NCBI GenBank assembly: GCA_004764695.1
Contig: SMSO01000034.1
Location: 3,162,001-3,226,000, forward strand
Direction of reading: 5' to 3'
DNA from: Schizochytrium sp. TIO01
Lineage: Eukaryota > Protista > Bigyra: Labyrinthulomycetes
Length of the DNA: 64,000 nt
The notes below the pieces were generated by a model. The model was not told the origin of the DNA. It saw only the letters and a program-made list of their open reading frames with translations, and made no database searches. How positions within the stretch are numbered: the first letter of the stretch is position 1; each line of letters starts with the position of its first letter. This document shows, in pieces, positions 34,430 through 46,827 of this stretch. The translations under genes and the position numbers were made by a program.

Positions 34430-37400
34430 ATGGGGTCCTTTACTGGATTTCAAGCCTGGACACCACTGGTGGTCAAGACTAGCGTAGTGGTGGTTGTGGT
34501 AGCTGTGGCCACTGTTGCCGTTTTAGTCTTGCCTCGCCAGGAGGTTCCTCTGCAGGCCATCGAAGAGAAACGCCACCTTCGTGACGCAAAGCGTGCAAGA
34601 AAACGTGCAGAGAACGCCACAACTAGCGCTAATGATGAAGTCACATTAGATACCAAATCTGGACACCAAAGAACTGCCGCAAAGGAAAGTGCTCTCGTGC
34701 TTAGATTTGACGAGGTTGACCAGAACGATGCCGACCTTGTAGGTGGCAAGGGCGCTCATTTAGGCCATTTATCCTCTGCAGGCTTACCTATCCCTTCAGG
34801 ATTCTGTGTGACTCGTGAGGCCTACTTTCAAGGCATTTCTGGCCATAGCGAGCAGACTGAAAGGGTTCGAGAGGCTGTGAAGATCGCATACGAAAAGTTG
34901 ACCATAGAGTCTGGGGAGGATGCAATAGTTGCTGTCCGCTCAAGTGCAACTTGCGAAGACTCACAAGATGCATCTTTCGCCGGGCAGCTGGAATCCTATC
35001 TTGGTTTGAAGGGCTTTGAGGAGGTATGGCATGGTGTGCTCAAGTGCTGGGACTCCCTTAAATCAGACCGCGTTGTTGCATACAATTCAACAATCATTTC
35101 ACAGGAAGACACTCTAGGTGATAAAATTGCATGCTGCGTCGTTGTTCAGATAATGGTGGATGCGAGCTGTGCCGGGGTTCTCTTCACTGTGAATCCTGTG
35201 ACAGGTAATCGCACCGAAGCTACTATCACAGGTAGTTGGGGGCTCGGAGAAGCTGTTGTGAGCGATCTCGTCACACCTGACACCTGGATTGTTGATCGAG
35301 AAACTCAGCGCATTAAAGAGAGGAAGATATCAAAAGAGAAAACCCGCATGTACACCATGGATAAGAGTCTCTACAAGGGCAGCTACATCGTAGATGTGGA
35401 ACCAGAGGCTCTCCGCAGCACTCCATGTCTGAGTGATAAAGAGCTTTCGGAGCTTGTAGTCCTCGGTAATAGGATTGAACAAGTTTACGATTCTCCTCGA
35501 GATATTGAGTGGGCATTTGCTAGTTCGGAACCGACTACCACGGAAAACAGCGGCCAGAGAACCTTACAAATCTTGCAAGCTCGTCCAGTTACTACCTTGT
35601 CTAAGGGATACGGTGATGGTACCCCGCCCCCCACCATCAATGAATTCGACTCAAAGTGCCGACCAACGGACTGGATCACGACTTGCAATGCTGCTGAGAT
35701 GTTTCCTGGTGCCGGAACTCCCTTGAGCATAAGTACATTTGGCCGTGCTGCAAATCTTGCTTTGCAAATTATGCATTATTCATTTGGTGTACGTGATGAT
35801 ATTAATGAAGAAGAGAGTGTGGTAGGCTGGTTTTATGGATTCCAGTTTCTGAACATGACAAATACGCTTCGAGTTATGTGTGGAGGAATGATCGGGGCTT
35901 CAATGGCAAAGGAAAATGGCGAAATGGCGATTTTGGGTCGCGTCAATGATAAATGCTCTCTTCAAGAAATTATTGCTGCAAATGGCTCCAACAGAGCAAG
36001 CCTAGTTCGACGTCTCATCAACGGACTACGATACGCCTGCACGAGCCTTTTGGCAATTCCTTTACGTTTACCACGCTTACAAGAGCGTTTGAAGAATGTC
36101 AAATCCTTGAATTTGGAAAGTGCTCCGTTGTACAACAATAACCCTGCAGAGTTATGGCGCCAGCTAGACAACGAACAAGCTAATTATATTTCGCAATGGT
36201 CTGATGGCGTGATTTTGTCAAATTTGAGCGCTGCATTTCTTCTGGCTACAATGAAAATCTTTTGCATGGGGTCTCATACGAAACCATGGAGCACTGAAGC
36301 CGTCGCTGAAGTGAGTTGTCTAATTGCTAGTGGCTCAAGCAACGAGAGTGTTGCCGAGAGTTGTGATGCAGTTCAATCTCTGGATGCAATTGCGGCAGAT
36401 CTATTGAATGATCGTGAGCAGGCACATGATTTTGTATCCATGGATCCTGCGCAGCTTTTACCGCGACTTGAAGCGGCATCTGCATTGTTTGTCGAGACAC
36501 TTAAGAGGCATGGGCATAGGTGCATAAAGGAAGCTGAAATGCGCACTCTTGAATGGTCTAAAGACCCTCTTCCATTAGTTCGTCAGATACAAAGTTGTAT
36601 ACGTGCACACCTGGCGCGTGATGAGGCAAATGCTGATGGTTCGCCTCTTTTGGCGCAAAAAGCAAAAGTTGCCACAGTAGACGAGGTTTTGGCTCGTAAT
36701 TCTCACCTTTACAAAGTGCAAGCTTGGTTATTACGAGGAGTGTCTACCATGGCTCGTGAAGGAGTTCGTCATAGGGAGCTTGGCAAATCTCTTTGCATCG
36801 CATACCATACTGAACTCAAACGGGGCTATCGTCGACTAGGATTGCAGCTAAGCAAACTTGGTCGTCTTCCAGACCCGGATCTGGTCTATTTCTTAACACA
36901 TGATGAGCTTGGAGAGCTATGTTGCGAACCTGTGTGTTCTACAGAAATGCACAGACTTCGGATGAGGGCAATGCAACGGCGACGTCTCTTACCTTTACAA
37001 GAACGTCTTGTTTTTAAGGACTTGCACAAAGGTCGCCCGGAACCGACCTCAAGGACTGATTTTGCAGAAAATATGTTCGCTAATGGTAACAGCTCTAAGA
37101 TTACAGGCACTCCTGTTTGTATTGGAGATGCTCAAGGACCGGCGCGCGTCGTACGAACTTTGGAAGAGGCTCACGCGATGCAGCCAGGCGAGATTTTAAT
37201 TTGTCCTCAAACTGATGTTGGTTGGACACCGGTAAGTGAAACCTGATTCATCTTCTTAAATGCAACAACAGAAAAACGAAGGGCTAGATTGACTAATATG
37301 GGGGAGTTGTTCTGCGAGCTTGTCATTATGCTTGCGTCGGGCTTGTTGTTGAATTTTGGAAATCTACATTCCCTTTTCACAGTTTTTCTCTCTTGCCACA

Positions 37401-37574
37401 GGACTCGTAACAGAATTGGGTGGACTTTTGTCCCATGGAGCGGTAGTTGCCCGCGAATATGGCCTACCATGCATTGTCAATGTGCCTGATGCAACCCATA
37501 TATTTAGGACTGGACAGATTGTACGAATGGAAGGCTCTACTGGTAAAGTAAGCGTTGTTGAGGATAGACAATAA
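34430..37574 (+). CDS. PEP-utilising ATP-grasp/His-swivel enzyme with rifampicin phosphotransferase (RPH)/PigC domain order; one intron (37232-37382)
   Basis: VGGKGAHL, VAVRSSATCEDSQDASFAGQ, WGLGEAVVS, DIEWA, ILQARPVT, middle NAAEMFPG and HGHRCIKE. Splicing GTAAGT..TTCACAG gives [36 protein letters not shown]. Confidence 0.92.
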
Positions 37575-37753
37575 ACCTATTTAAAAGTCTGAAAACACTT
37601 CTACTTCTTGGTGTCACAATTCTGTTTTTTATAGGTCACATTTGTTCGGGCTATGAGTATGAGCTAGAAACACAGCAACAGAAAACCGTCGCGTATATCA
37701 GTCAACCAAATTTTTTTGAGATAAACTACCAAATAGATAACCAAGTTTGTTTC

Positions 37754-39355
37754 TTACAATAAAAAGTACATGGGGAGTCGGAGTTGGTCATCTGGCATTT
37801 GGCCCAAATCAGATGACTCACCAGATGTAAAGTTTTCGTTTTCACTTGTGCTGCCATCAGAAAGAGTCACCCTAGACGTATTCGAGGCATTTGGAAAGGT
37901 TTGTATATCACGTGGCTGACGTAAAACGTGCAGTTTGTTAGCCAAGAGGAGGTCATTCGGAGCTGAGTCACTTCGTGAGACGATTCCTGTATGTGGAGAG
38001 CTCACAACGTCGGTCTCGGCTGATGATGGGGAACGAGCATACCCGCAGTACTGTTCGAGAGGTGTAACAGATATTGTGGGTTGTTGAGGTAATGTTTGTC
38101 TCTTGTTGGGTTGTAAAGCTTCAATATTTGAAGTCGCTGCCGAGGTAACCGTGATTTCTGGGTTTCCTTTAAAGCTGATGCCAGATCGTTTTAGTGATTG
38201 ATGATCATTGTCTTCCGCCACCAAGAGCGGGTTGATAGCCGAGAAGCCAATTGAATTAGTCGACACGTTCATGTCAGAGAAAGCAAGAAACGTTGTTGTC
38301 GTGCTTTTGGCATTCATGCGCTGGATTTGCTGAGGCGAAGCAGGTGCAGGGTCAGGAATCGCTGTTACCTCTAAATCTGAGGTATCTAATTGCATAGAGT
38401 CATAGGATTCGAGTTTCAAAGGTTCCTCGAAATATGATAGGTCCGCGGGAGGTGCCACATCAACTGTCATTGCCACTTCGGAATTATTACTGCTGCTACT
38501 CGAGGTGCTCTGGAAAGGCTGAACATAGTAGCGCTTCGGGTCCGTGGGAAGAGCACTGGCACATGTTTGGAGAAGATCGTCAACGGTACTTGCATTTTGG
38601 AGTTGTATTTTACTTGGACCAGCAAAGAGAATTCGAGCATCGACTGCATGAAAAGATTGAGATGAGGAGTCAACACTCCCTTGGCTTGTCCATGAAGGTG
38701 TAGCATGAAAAGATGGCGATGCTGATAGCCCAGAAGATGATGAAGTCCCTGTTGCTCCAGCAACAGACTCCTTTGCGGTCTTCCACCAGAGACGCGCTGA
38801 TTCGCGATCGACAGATGAGCTCGACATGGAGCTCAACCGCACACTCATCATTTTATGCTCAAGTGGAAATTCGTCCACGTGAAGGTACTCACTGTCACTT
38901 CGGCTGCGGGGTCTTGAAGATGATCGTCTGAAGAGATTATGTGACTGTATCGTAGGATCTATTTCTTTAATTTCAGTTTTAACAGATCCTTCACTGTTCT
39001 GATCCTGATTATTTTTAGGACTGGGATTTTGTTCATGGAAACCCTCCTCCTTTAAAGTGTTTGTTAAAGACAGATTATCAACTTCTTGCTGCGGTGTCCG
39101 TGGTGCTGTGGTTGATGTTAATGTTGATGCTTTCAACGCTTGATTGATTCCTAAATTGTTGCCTTGAGGGCCAGCCAATGTAGATCCCTTGGTAACCACG
39201 AGTGGGTCATCAATTGAGATTAATGCGGGTACGCCAAGGGCTGAGATATGGCTTTGCTCATCTGGGATCCACTCCTCGTGGCCTAAATCCAGCTCACCAA
39301 GACTAAGGGATCTGCCCCTGCCAAAAAGCGAACTTTGCTGTTTCACGAGGCTCAT
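37754..39355 (-). CDS. Hypothetical Ser/Thr-rich disordered protein
   Basis: Open frame of more than 530 codons with RSLSLG, RSRSDS and RSDSAP phospho-motifs. Start is uncertain: the frame is open to an acceptor-like site near 39443. Confidence 0.7.
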   Translation of the reverse strand: MSLVKQQSSLFGRGRSLSLGELDLGHEEWIPDEQSHISALGVPALISIDDPLVVTKGSTLAGPQGNNLGINQALKASTLTSTTAPRTPQQEVDNLSLTNTLKEEGFHEQNPSPKNNQDQNSEGSVKTEIKEIDPTIQSHNLFRRSSSRPRSRSDSEYLHVDEFPLEHKMMSVRLSSMSSSSVDRESARLWWKTAKESVAGATGTSSSSGLSASPSFHATPSWTSQGSVDSSSQSFHAVDARILFAGPSKIQLQNASTVDDLLQTCASALPTDPKRYYVQPFQSTSSSSSNNSEVAMTVDVAPPADLSYFEEPLKLESYDSMQLDTSDLEVTAIPDPAPASPQQIQRMNAKSTTTTFLAFSDMNVSTNSIGFSAINPLLVAEDNDHQSLKRSGISFKGNPEITVTSAATSNIEALQPNKRQTLPQQPTISVTPLEQYCGYARSPSSAETDVVSSPHTGIVSRSDSAPNDLLLANKLHVLRQPRDIQTFPNASNTSRVTLSDGSTSENENFTSGESSDLGQMPDDQLRLPMYFLL

Positions 39356-41010
39356 GGGGTCTGATATAACCTCAACTTTTTCCAATCTCTGGACAAAAGA
39401 CTCTGTTGTTGCGGTGGGACTGATCTTTTCCTTAGCAGCACCCTAACTGACAATTTTCCACGAACTCGTCTCAACACTGTAAGTTGACTCCCAGAGACTT
39501 ACTTGCCCACTTGCAAATAACCAACCACTGAGCAACCGCAAACTGTTATAACAACGCAAGTGTGTGATCTTTCCGGCTCGTCTGCCATTCACCTCGTTAG
39601 AGATAGAACGCGGTAGCCTCAGGGTATAGCAATCAGTGAGTGTATCTACTAGTAGTACTTCCTGTTTACCAGTTGGCGTGATCTTCAGATCCCCACCTAC
39701 TTCGACTACAACTGAGTGGACGAAAGAGTATTAGATATAACAGTTAAGCGAAATAGTTCGCACGCCCAACAGCACGCGATGTAGATGGAGTGAGTCACGA
39801 CAACTTCGAGTGCGCAACTAATGAATTATCTGCTTGACAATCAAATATAGTTTTCTCTGAGTTGGTGGCTTCTCGAAATCCCCAAAACTCTTCGCCTCCA
39901 ATCGCCAGCGAGCCTCCAGAAGGAGCCCTGCTTCAGCACACAAATTACCCTCAATAAGAAGAGATCACCGTACCTGATTCAATGCAAAGAGTAATCTTGA
40001 CGCTTATAATAAGAGTGAATTACACCAGCGAATGTGATAATAAAAAATGTATGTTGTCTGTACTACTACTGATGCACTCTAAAATGCACGCTTCTTCCCA
40101 ACAGCTGCAGCTACACCACGCAGCCCTGCTACGCTGTATGAGCACCTCAAGTCTCCAGCGAGACGTTCACGAGTGACGGCTCACCAGAAGTTTCAAGGCC
40201 CCAGAAAGAGACAGACTCAAACTTCGAAGAGAGGAAAAAAGAAACCTAGAAAACGAATCAAGAATACCAACCTGTCTACCGATCGCTTAAAGTAATCAAT
40301 GAGTTGCAACAACGCGAAACCAAAAAAGCTGGCCCGGACCTTCGAGTCTCTGTCGATGATGCAAGGTACGTCGCTTCGCTCTTCCAGGCTGCTTTTCCCT
40401 GCGACTCCTCCGCTCGTTTGACGCCACCACCAACAACACCGTAGAGCTAGCTCTGCAGAACGTCAGGTCAGGACAACGCGGCGGGATGGGCCGAAATGGA
40501 GTATACTAGCAACCTCCCGAAAACGACTTTGAAAGTTTTTGTTTTCTCGTTTCTCCTTTTCCCAAAGCCAAGCTACTTCTTACCTACTCCCTATGTAGGC
40601 CGGCATAGCTAACTAACGCGAGCTCTTCTCCTGGGCTGTCTTCAATTCGTCTGAAGATATCAGCTCAATCTGGGCCACGGAATCCGTTGGCTTTTCTCAA
40701 CTCCAAATGGTCACCAACGCGGATTCGAATCGATTTTGATGACGCCACGTACGCGAGTCTGGCCAGCGCTCCTGGCGCGACTCGCCAGCCGCCCTCCTCC
40801 TCCTCCCAGCGCGGCCTGCCCGAGGCATCCACCTTCGCGCTGGCTGCCGCGTCCCGAGGCCAGCTCTCCTCGGCGTCAGGCCGCCTCGACACGGGTTGAC
40901 GAACTTGAGGTTTTGAAAGCGGATCTTGAGCTCGATTGGCAATTTGAATATTTGAAATGATAAGAATTCAAACTCTGTTTTTGAACGATTGATTTTCAAA
41001 ACTACTATTC

Positions 41011-41052
<42 letters not shown>

Positions 41053-41058
41053 CAGATA
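41011..41058. repeat. (GATA)10+ microsatellite
   Basis: Read directly. Confidence 0.95.
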
Positions 41059-41249
41059 CCCAATAAGAGTTAACTATGGTCAGCAAGTAAGAACAGGGTG
41101 TGTACTTCTTTTACGGGATGTCGTAGAAACACACGGTTCAGCGAACCCTGGGGTCCCCTGGTTCCTCCGTCAGGCTCTGGAACCAGGATTTAATACCCTG
41201 AAATGCCGCACCAACGTTCTCCTCGAAGATGCATGCATACACTCTTTTG

Positions 41250-43077
41250 AAGTCGATCCTCCGTAAGATGTCTGCGACTCAGCATTGCCCGCTATGTCCT
41301 CCTGCAGGGCTTCGTTTCGCCTCCATATCGATCGACCTGGCTGCTTGAGATCAACAAACCCTGGAAGCCAGCATCTTAAAAGAAACTCCTGCGTGCGAGC
41401 GAGAGAGACCTCCACAGATCATGTCAGCCACCATGCCTCCACGATGTATCTTGGGAATTGAAAGTCCTTGCTTCTAATATCTTGCAGGTCTGAAGCTCTG
41501 TTCTCAATTGCTCAATCAGGTATTCGCCGGGGTCTACATATACTTGAGAAGGTCTGTTTGCTGTTATTGAAGGCAAGCCCACTCGACATTCTTGAAGTCG
41601 TCGCCTGCTATCCTACCATCGAGTCGAAAATCGCAGAAATGTACAATTCAATTCAGAACGTATGGAACACCGGCAGGCCATTCGCAGGAAAATAATCTAC
41701 TATTTGGGTGATGCAGGTCATTATTATCAGTGATGTGATATTTCTCACGCTAGGCTGACGTATAACGCTTATTACATTCGCTGCCCGTGCAAACATCGAA
41801 ATGTGGAAAGTCGTGCCTCGCTTTAAATCCACCCAGGTACAAATGCAATAGGTGAATTCACATTATCAGAATTTGCATAGCTGGCACAGGCTCGGTAGGA
41901 ACAGCGTTAGTGCTGAGGACGGTGAGGTTGCTGCTGCCGTCACGAACGAAGCCTGCAAAGCGGTTAAAAGAGTAGAGGAGTCCGAGATAGAGGCTGTTGA
42001 TGAGCATGTAACTATGAAGTTGGCGAATGGATACGGCCTCCATCCTCGAATTAACTATGTTTATTTGCTCTCGTTGGAAGGTCGATGTCATGTTCGTCAA
42101 TTGGGTAGTCTAAGTTGCAGTATCAGATCAGGTGCTCAGGGAACTTGAGTTATTAGACGGCTGTTTGCTTGGTATAACAAAATCGCTAGGCATTTATCAG
42201 TACCATTTTTTGGGCAAATAAGATTATCAGGTTTACCTGTGGAAAATGCACTGCCAATAGGCTTCTGTGTGTAAAATGGCTCAAGGAGTTCTTCCAAAGT
42301 ATCCCGAAGACCATTGTGAATTTTCGAAATGGGCCTTGAAAACCATTTTCTAATTCAAAGTTATCTTGGATGCGTACGTATTTTCTCAAACCCTAAAGAA
42401 ATCTATCAAAATGATATCCATGCGCTTCCCGACTGGGTCTCTGACATAAAGGCCGTCGACCAATCTGTCACAAACCTGCAAAAATCTTGCATGGACAAGA
42501 ATTTCGCTTGCGATAGTGATCCCACAAGTGTATTCTCGCCCAAAACTACCACACGTTGTTTGTTCTCTGCTTTGAAAGTCGCCGTAAAGCTTGTCTGCCT
42601 TCGAACAACTTCTTTTTCGAATGCTGCTCAACTTGAATATGCTCCACGGACTAGTCTTGCCGATTACGTCCCAGACAAGCTCCTCAAGTGGAGATCAAAC
42701 TAAGGACGAAAGTCATTGCAGCATTTCCATCCAGCGGGGGGGGGGGTTATCTTTGTGTTCAAACACTTCAGACTTTTAGACTTAGTAACATGCTGCATTT
42801 GACCTTATTTGATGTGTTAGACTTTGAAGTGGTTCTGATTCTGAAAATTTTCAGGTTCGTAAGAATAGATGCTTTGCCTGCCCAGAGCAGGATGCTCACA
42901 AGACAACTAGTCTTGTCCACGCGTTTTTTCTTGCCTAGCGCACACAAGAAACAATTGAAGGTTCTGCCGAGCATCAGCTAGTTGAAATTGTTCGAAAGTT
43001 GGTTGCTCACTTACTGTTGAACTTGATGGGTTGCAGAACTCAAATGTTGCTTCCTCCCAAATGTCGCACGCACACAT
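41250..43077 (-). pseudogene. Decayed PD-(D/E)xK nuclease plus kinase (Crinkler-type) gene, copy A
   Basis: Broken frames give GKPD (42226-42237), IRQLHSYMLINSLYLGLL, IPKIHRGG and GFVD. Colinear with 48090-50332. Confidence 0.75.
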
Positions 43078-44422
43078 TTGTTAACAGCTGATATTGTGAT
43101 TGGTGGTAGAAGGTACTCTCACTAGCCAAAGGTATTCCTACCAACCCTTTACTTGCATATAAACCCAAATCAACGCAAATGTGTACAATCATAATCAGGG
43201 TGTGCCACTCAGTACAAGAATGTTAGTTCTTCTAGTGACCTCATTCTCACCAGCACGAGGCTCTTCACATATCGAAGTTAAAAAAGCTCAAGTTCAAGCA
43301 GTCGAAACCTGTTGAATAAAAGTAGAGAGGTAGTATAATCTCTACCAAAAGACACTGGTTTGCCTTAAGCAGCAGACTAGCACTCGATCCTGTTACCAGC
43401 TGCTGGACACCATTGGAGAAGATTCGACCATGAAATTAAAAGCTACTAAGTACTAGTCGGCAGATACCTTTCTGACTCGATGCGAAATGCTGTGTCGTAA
43501 ATATTCATGGGACTTATGCTTTAAACCAAACGAGCTTTCGACTGCTATCACCGCCAATGCTTCGAATTTTATCGTTCCCACGTGCTGGAGGTTTAAATAC
43601 ACACCCTTTAGAAAATTACCATCAATGCTAACATGATCACGATGTTATGAGCCTGCGAGCTTAAACGAGGGTTTGATGGGCCGAGAAAAGTTTCTTCTGC
43701 CTGATTTTATTCTTTGTCATATGGTTGTCATAGTAATCCTTGCCTACTGTTCAGAACTTAAAGCATGCACTCTTCTACCATGGTGCATAACCTGCCTTCA
43801 AGTTGTACATAGTATCACCGACCGGGATAAGATTGATGCTGACCTCCGGCTCGCACCTCCTTCATGCTGGATTGCCGTCTATTAGAAAAAATTCTCAAAA
43901 AGTGTTTAATTTTTAATTTTTAAAAATGTAAGGTACTGTGAATGTGCAAGGTTACATGCACGTGCTGTCTTTTAATTTTCTTTTCTTTGTGATCATCTAG
44001 TTTTTAATTGCGCTCAGGGGAAAAGTCCACTGCGGTCGTACCAAAGTTGAGTTTGCTGTCTTTCCTTTCAAGGATGTTGTCATTACCGGAGTTTGAAGAG
44101 GGGCGCGACCATTGCAAGCGCCAGATCATATGTTGGTTGGATCGTTTGGTGGTATGTAGTTAGTGTTGGCCATTTCGATACTATGCCGGGGACTATTCTC
44201 GTGCTATGGCCAAAGTACCACAAAGCGCATCTTCGAAGTGTGTGTCTTGTCCTGCTGGTCTTTGCTGCGGCTAGACTTTAAAATCTAACTTGATAGTAAG
44301 TGATTCCATCATGGCCTGCGAGACTTGAACTGCTCAGGCAAACCTGCAACTCTGTGCAAGAGTTACTAAGGATCCGCCCTTGATTTGTCACACGGGCGTT
44401 ATAATTTCTCCAGCTCACAAGT

Positions 44423-45142
44423 ATGTCTTCGGATTCCTTGATTCCTGTGATCGTAGGTTCGCTTGTTGGGATAGGCGTGCTAGTTGCTGTTTTACTGGCT
44501 TGGTCAAAGTGCTGTGCAAAGCCTGATGACGGAGAAGGCGACAAGAAAGCCAACAACAAAGAGGCCGACGATCAAATTAATGCCTATTATGCAAACCTTC
44601 AGTTGAGCCCTGAGCTTGAAGAAATGCGAAATATTGGAATTGGGAGATGGTCAGATAGTGAAGCAACTTGGGTGATGAGGCTTCTCGGCTTAGTGGTGGT
44701 TGGGTTTGGATACAACTTGGTGGTACCTTTGCACTCGCAAGAAGACATTACCTCCTCGTTCTTTGGCGATTTCGTAGACAATCGAGCGAACAGAGATCGA
44801 GACCTTGGCTTTGTATATTTTGTTGACGAAGGATTTCAAGTTGTGCGCAGCGCGCACTCTTCTCCGAGTGATCGTGTAAACAGGTTCTTTTTGTACGATT
44901 CAGTTGAGGTTTCTGAAATAAAGCCCGTAGGTTTTGCTTCCGATGCGGCGAAGCTTTACATTCGCCTCAGCGCGACAAATTACGCCAAAATTCAATCTAC
45001 TATCCAAGTTCTTACCCTAGTGCGAGCAAATATTGTAGGGCGGCGTCACGCGAACGGTAGAGTCGCAGAGTCAGTAGACCAGACGAATATCCCTATGGCC
45101 AAGATGGTGGTTTCAACCGATGTTGACCCTGCAAATAAATGA
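44423..45142 (+). CDS. Hypothetical membrane protein (N-terminal TM followed by CC)
   Basis: 239 aa ATG ORF with TM LIPVIVGSLVGIGVLVAVLLAW then SKCC; no family recognised. Confidence 0.75.
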   Translation: MSSDSLIPVIVGSLVGIGVLVAVLLAWSKCCAKPDDGEGDKKANNKEADDQINAYYANLQLSPELEEMRNIGIGRWSDSEATWVMRLLGLVVVGFGYNLVVPLHSQEDITSSFFGDFVDNRANRDRDLGFVYFVDEGFQVVRSAHSSPSDRVNRFFLYDSVEVSEIKPVGFASDAAKLYIRLSATNYAKIQSTIQVLTLVRANIVGRRHANGRVAESVDQTNIPMAKMVVSTDVDPANK

Positions 45143-46005
45143 GTCCGGCTATATTGTAATTAATATTTACAACTCAGAGTTTAAGCAGTGCATGTTGTTT
45201 TCCCACTTTCTTTTTTTTTTACAGAAACGGTAGATGTACAAACAACAATGCAAAAAAATGAACTTACGAGAAATGTTTCTCCTATGTGAGCTCCCAGCTC
45301 GTACGATTGAAGGCGTAGCTGTGATGGCATAATCAATATTCGAATTTAAATTAAAAAAATCCAGACTAGATGTTTCCTTTTAACAATTCCGGGTCCAAAA
45401 CCTGTGTCAACGAACTGTAATTTTGTTGATGCACGTATATGTTTCTCCTGTTGTGAAAGTATCGTTGCAACCACAGCTACTCTAAATAGTTTCACATTCC
45501 TTGGGCCAGAGACAACGCTGGAGTTAATTGTTACCTTGATACTACTAAACTGTATCCAAATGTCTGCAAAGGTTCATTGTTGCACTCGCAGTCGCCAAAT
45601 CTCTAAGCTCAGATATAAGAGCAAGTTTTTCTCGATTGAGAACCTGGATCGTCAATCCAAATGCACCAACATCATAGGCATCTATCTTTGGTGCTACAGT
45701 AGAATATAGAGACAACATGAGATATTCAAGTTGAAAAGACGTTGCATCTGGAGTCGCCGATGGAATTGCGGACAGAAGGTTGAATATTTGAGACGATCTG
45801 AATGGTTTTTATTTTGAAACCACTGTTTAACGCTTTAATCGTGAGAGCCCACAGCACGAAGACGCGGATTTTGCCAGGAATGTCATTGATGCCTCTGAGG
45901 AAGATAAAAACCCTGGTAACAAATTACAGAGCTCACGTTGGTTGAGGAAGCGAATTCTTTAATTTCTTAATCACTGCTTTATTGAAAACTATTTCTTATT
46001 TCTTG

Positions 46006-46827
46006 TTAAATCTTCGGATTTCTCTGACTCCACTCACGATCGAAGACAGCAAGGCTTCGCTGAGCTGTAGGTACGACATCAAGTGCTTTAATAGACACCC
46101 GCTCTTTTTGGGCAAGCATGAAGACTGCAGCGTTGGCTACATCCTCGGAAACCAGGGGTTCATATCCTTCTATAAATGAGTTATACGCACCCTCGTCGAA
46201 CCCAACTCTTTGTTCATGAAAATGAGTGGCAACAACACCTGGACGAAGTGCAAGTACCTTGATGTTTGTTCCACTAAGCTCGATACGCAATGAATTCGTA
46301 AATCCTTCTTGGGCTGCTTTGGCCGTGTGGTAAATTGCTTCACCTGGAAAGGGCGGTGCTTCGAGGCCAGTGACTGAAGTGATATTCAGAATGGTACCCT
46401 CCTTTTTGGCTTTCATGCCACCTTGGTTAAGGACTGCATAAGTTGTTGAAAGCATTCCTCCAATATTCGTGTTTACCATGGTGAAGATTTGTGCGGCAGT
46501 TAAATCAGGAAAGGATGCCGGTGCTCCAATTGCAATTCCAGCATTATTAACAAGGACGTTCAGAGTAGCGCTTTCTTTCTCCAACTCTTTGACTGCCCAT
46601 TCCACGGCTGCTACAACATTGTCATGGCTCTGTAGGTCAACGCTACGAACTAGGACTTTTGTTTGCGAAGTCCCCTCGATCTCTTTTTTCAATGCTTCAA
46701 GTTTTTCTATCGATCTCGCAAACAGGATAAGATAAGAGACGCCATCCTCTGCAAATCTTCTAGCCATCGCGCTCCCAATGCCCATCGAAGCTCCAGTAAT
46801 TAGTATCGCCTGTCCATGTAGAGCCAT
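46006..46827 (-). CDS. Classical short-chain dehydrogenase/reductase (YdfG/YMR226C-like)
   Basis: TGASMGIG, VLVNNAG, YHTAK (YxxxK), PGVVAT and PLVSEDVA. Confidence 0.93.
   Translation of the reverse strand: MALHGQAILITGASMGIGSAMARRFAEDGVSYLILFARSIEKLEALKKEIEGTSQTKVLVRSVDLQSHDNVVAAVEWAVKELEKESATLNVLVNNAGIAIGAPASFPDLTAAQIFTMVNTNIGGMLSTTYAVLNQGGMKAKKEGTILNITSVTGLEAPPFPGEAIYHTAKAAQEGFTNSLRIELSGTNIKVLALRPGVVATHFHEQRVGFDEGAYNSFIEGYEPLVSEDVANAAVFMLAQKERVSIKALDVVPTAQRSLAVFDREWSQRNPKI

Noticed and set aside
40640-40960. GC-rich block with short ORFs next to (GATA)n
   Set aside because: No recognisable protein, terminal repeats or target-site duplication
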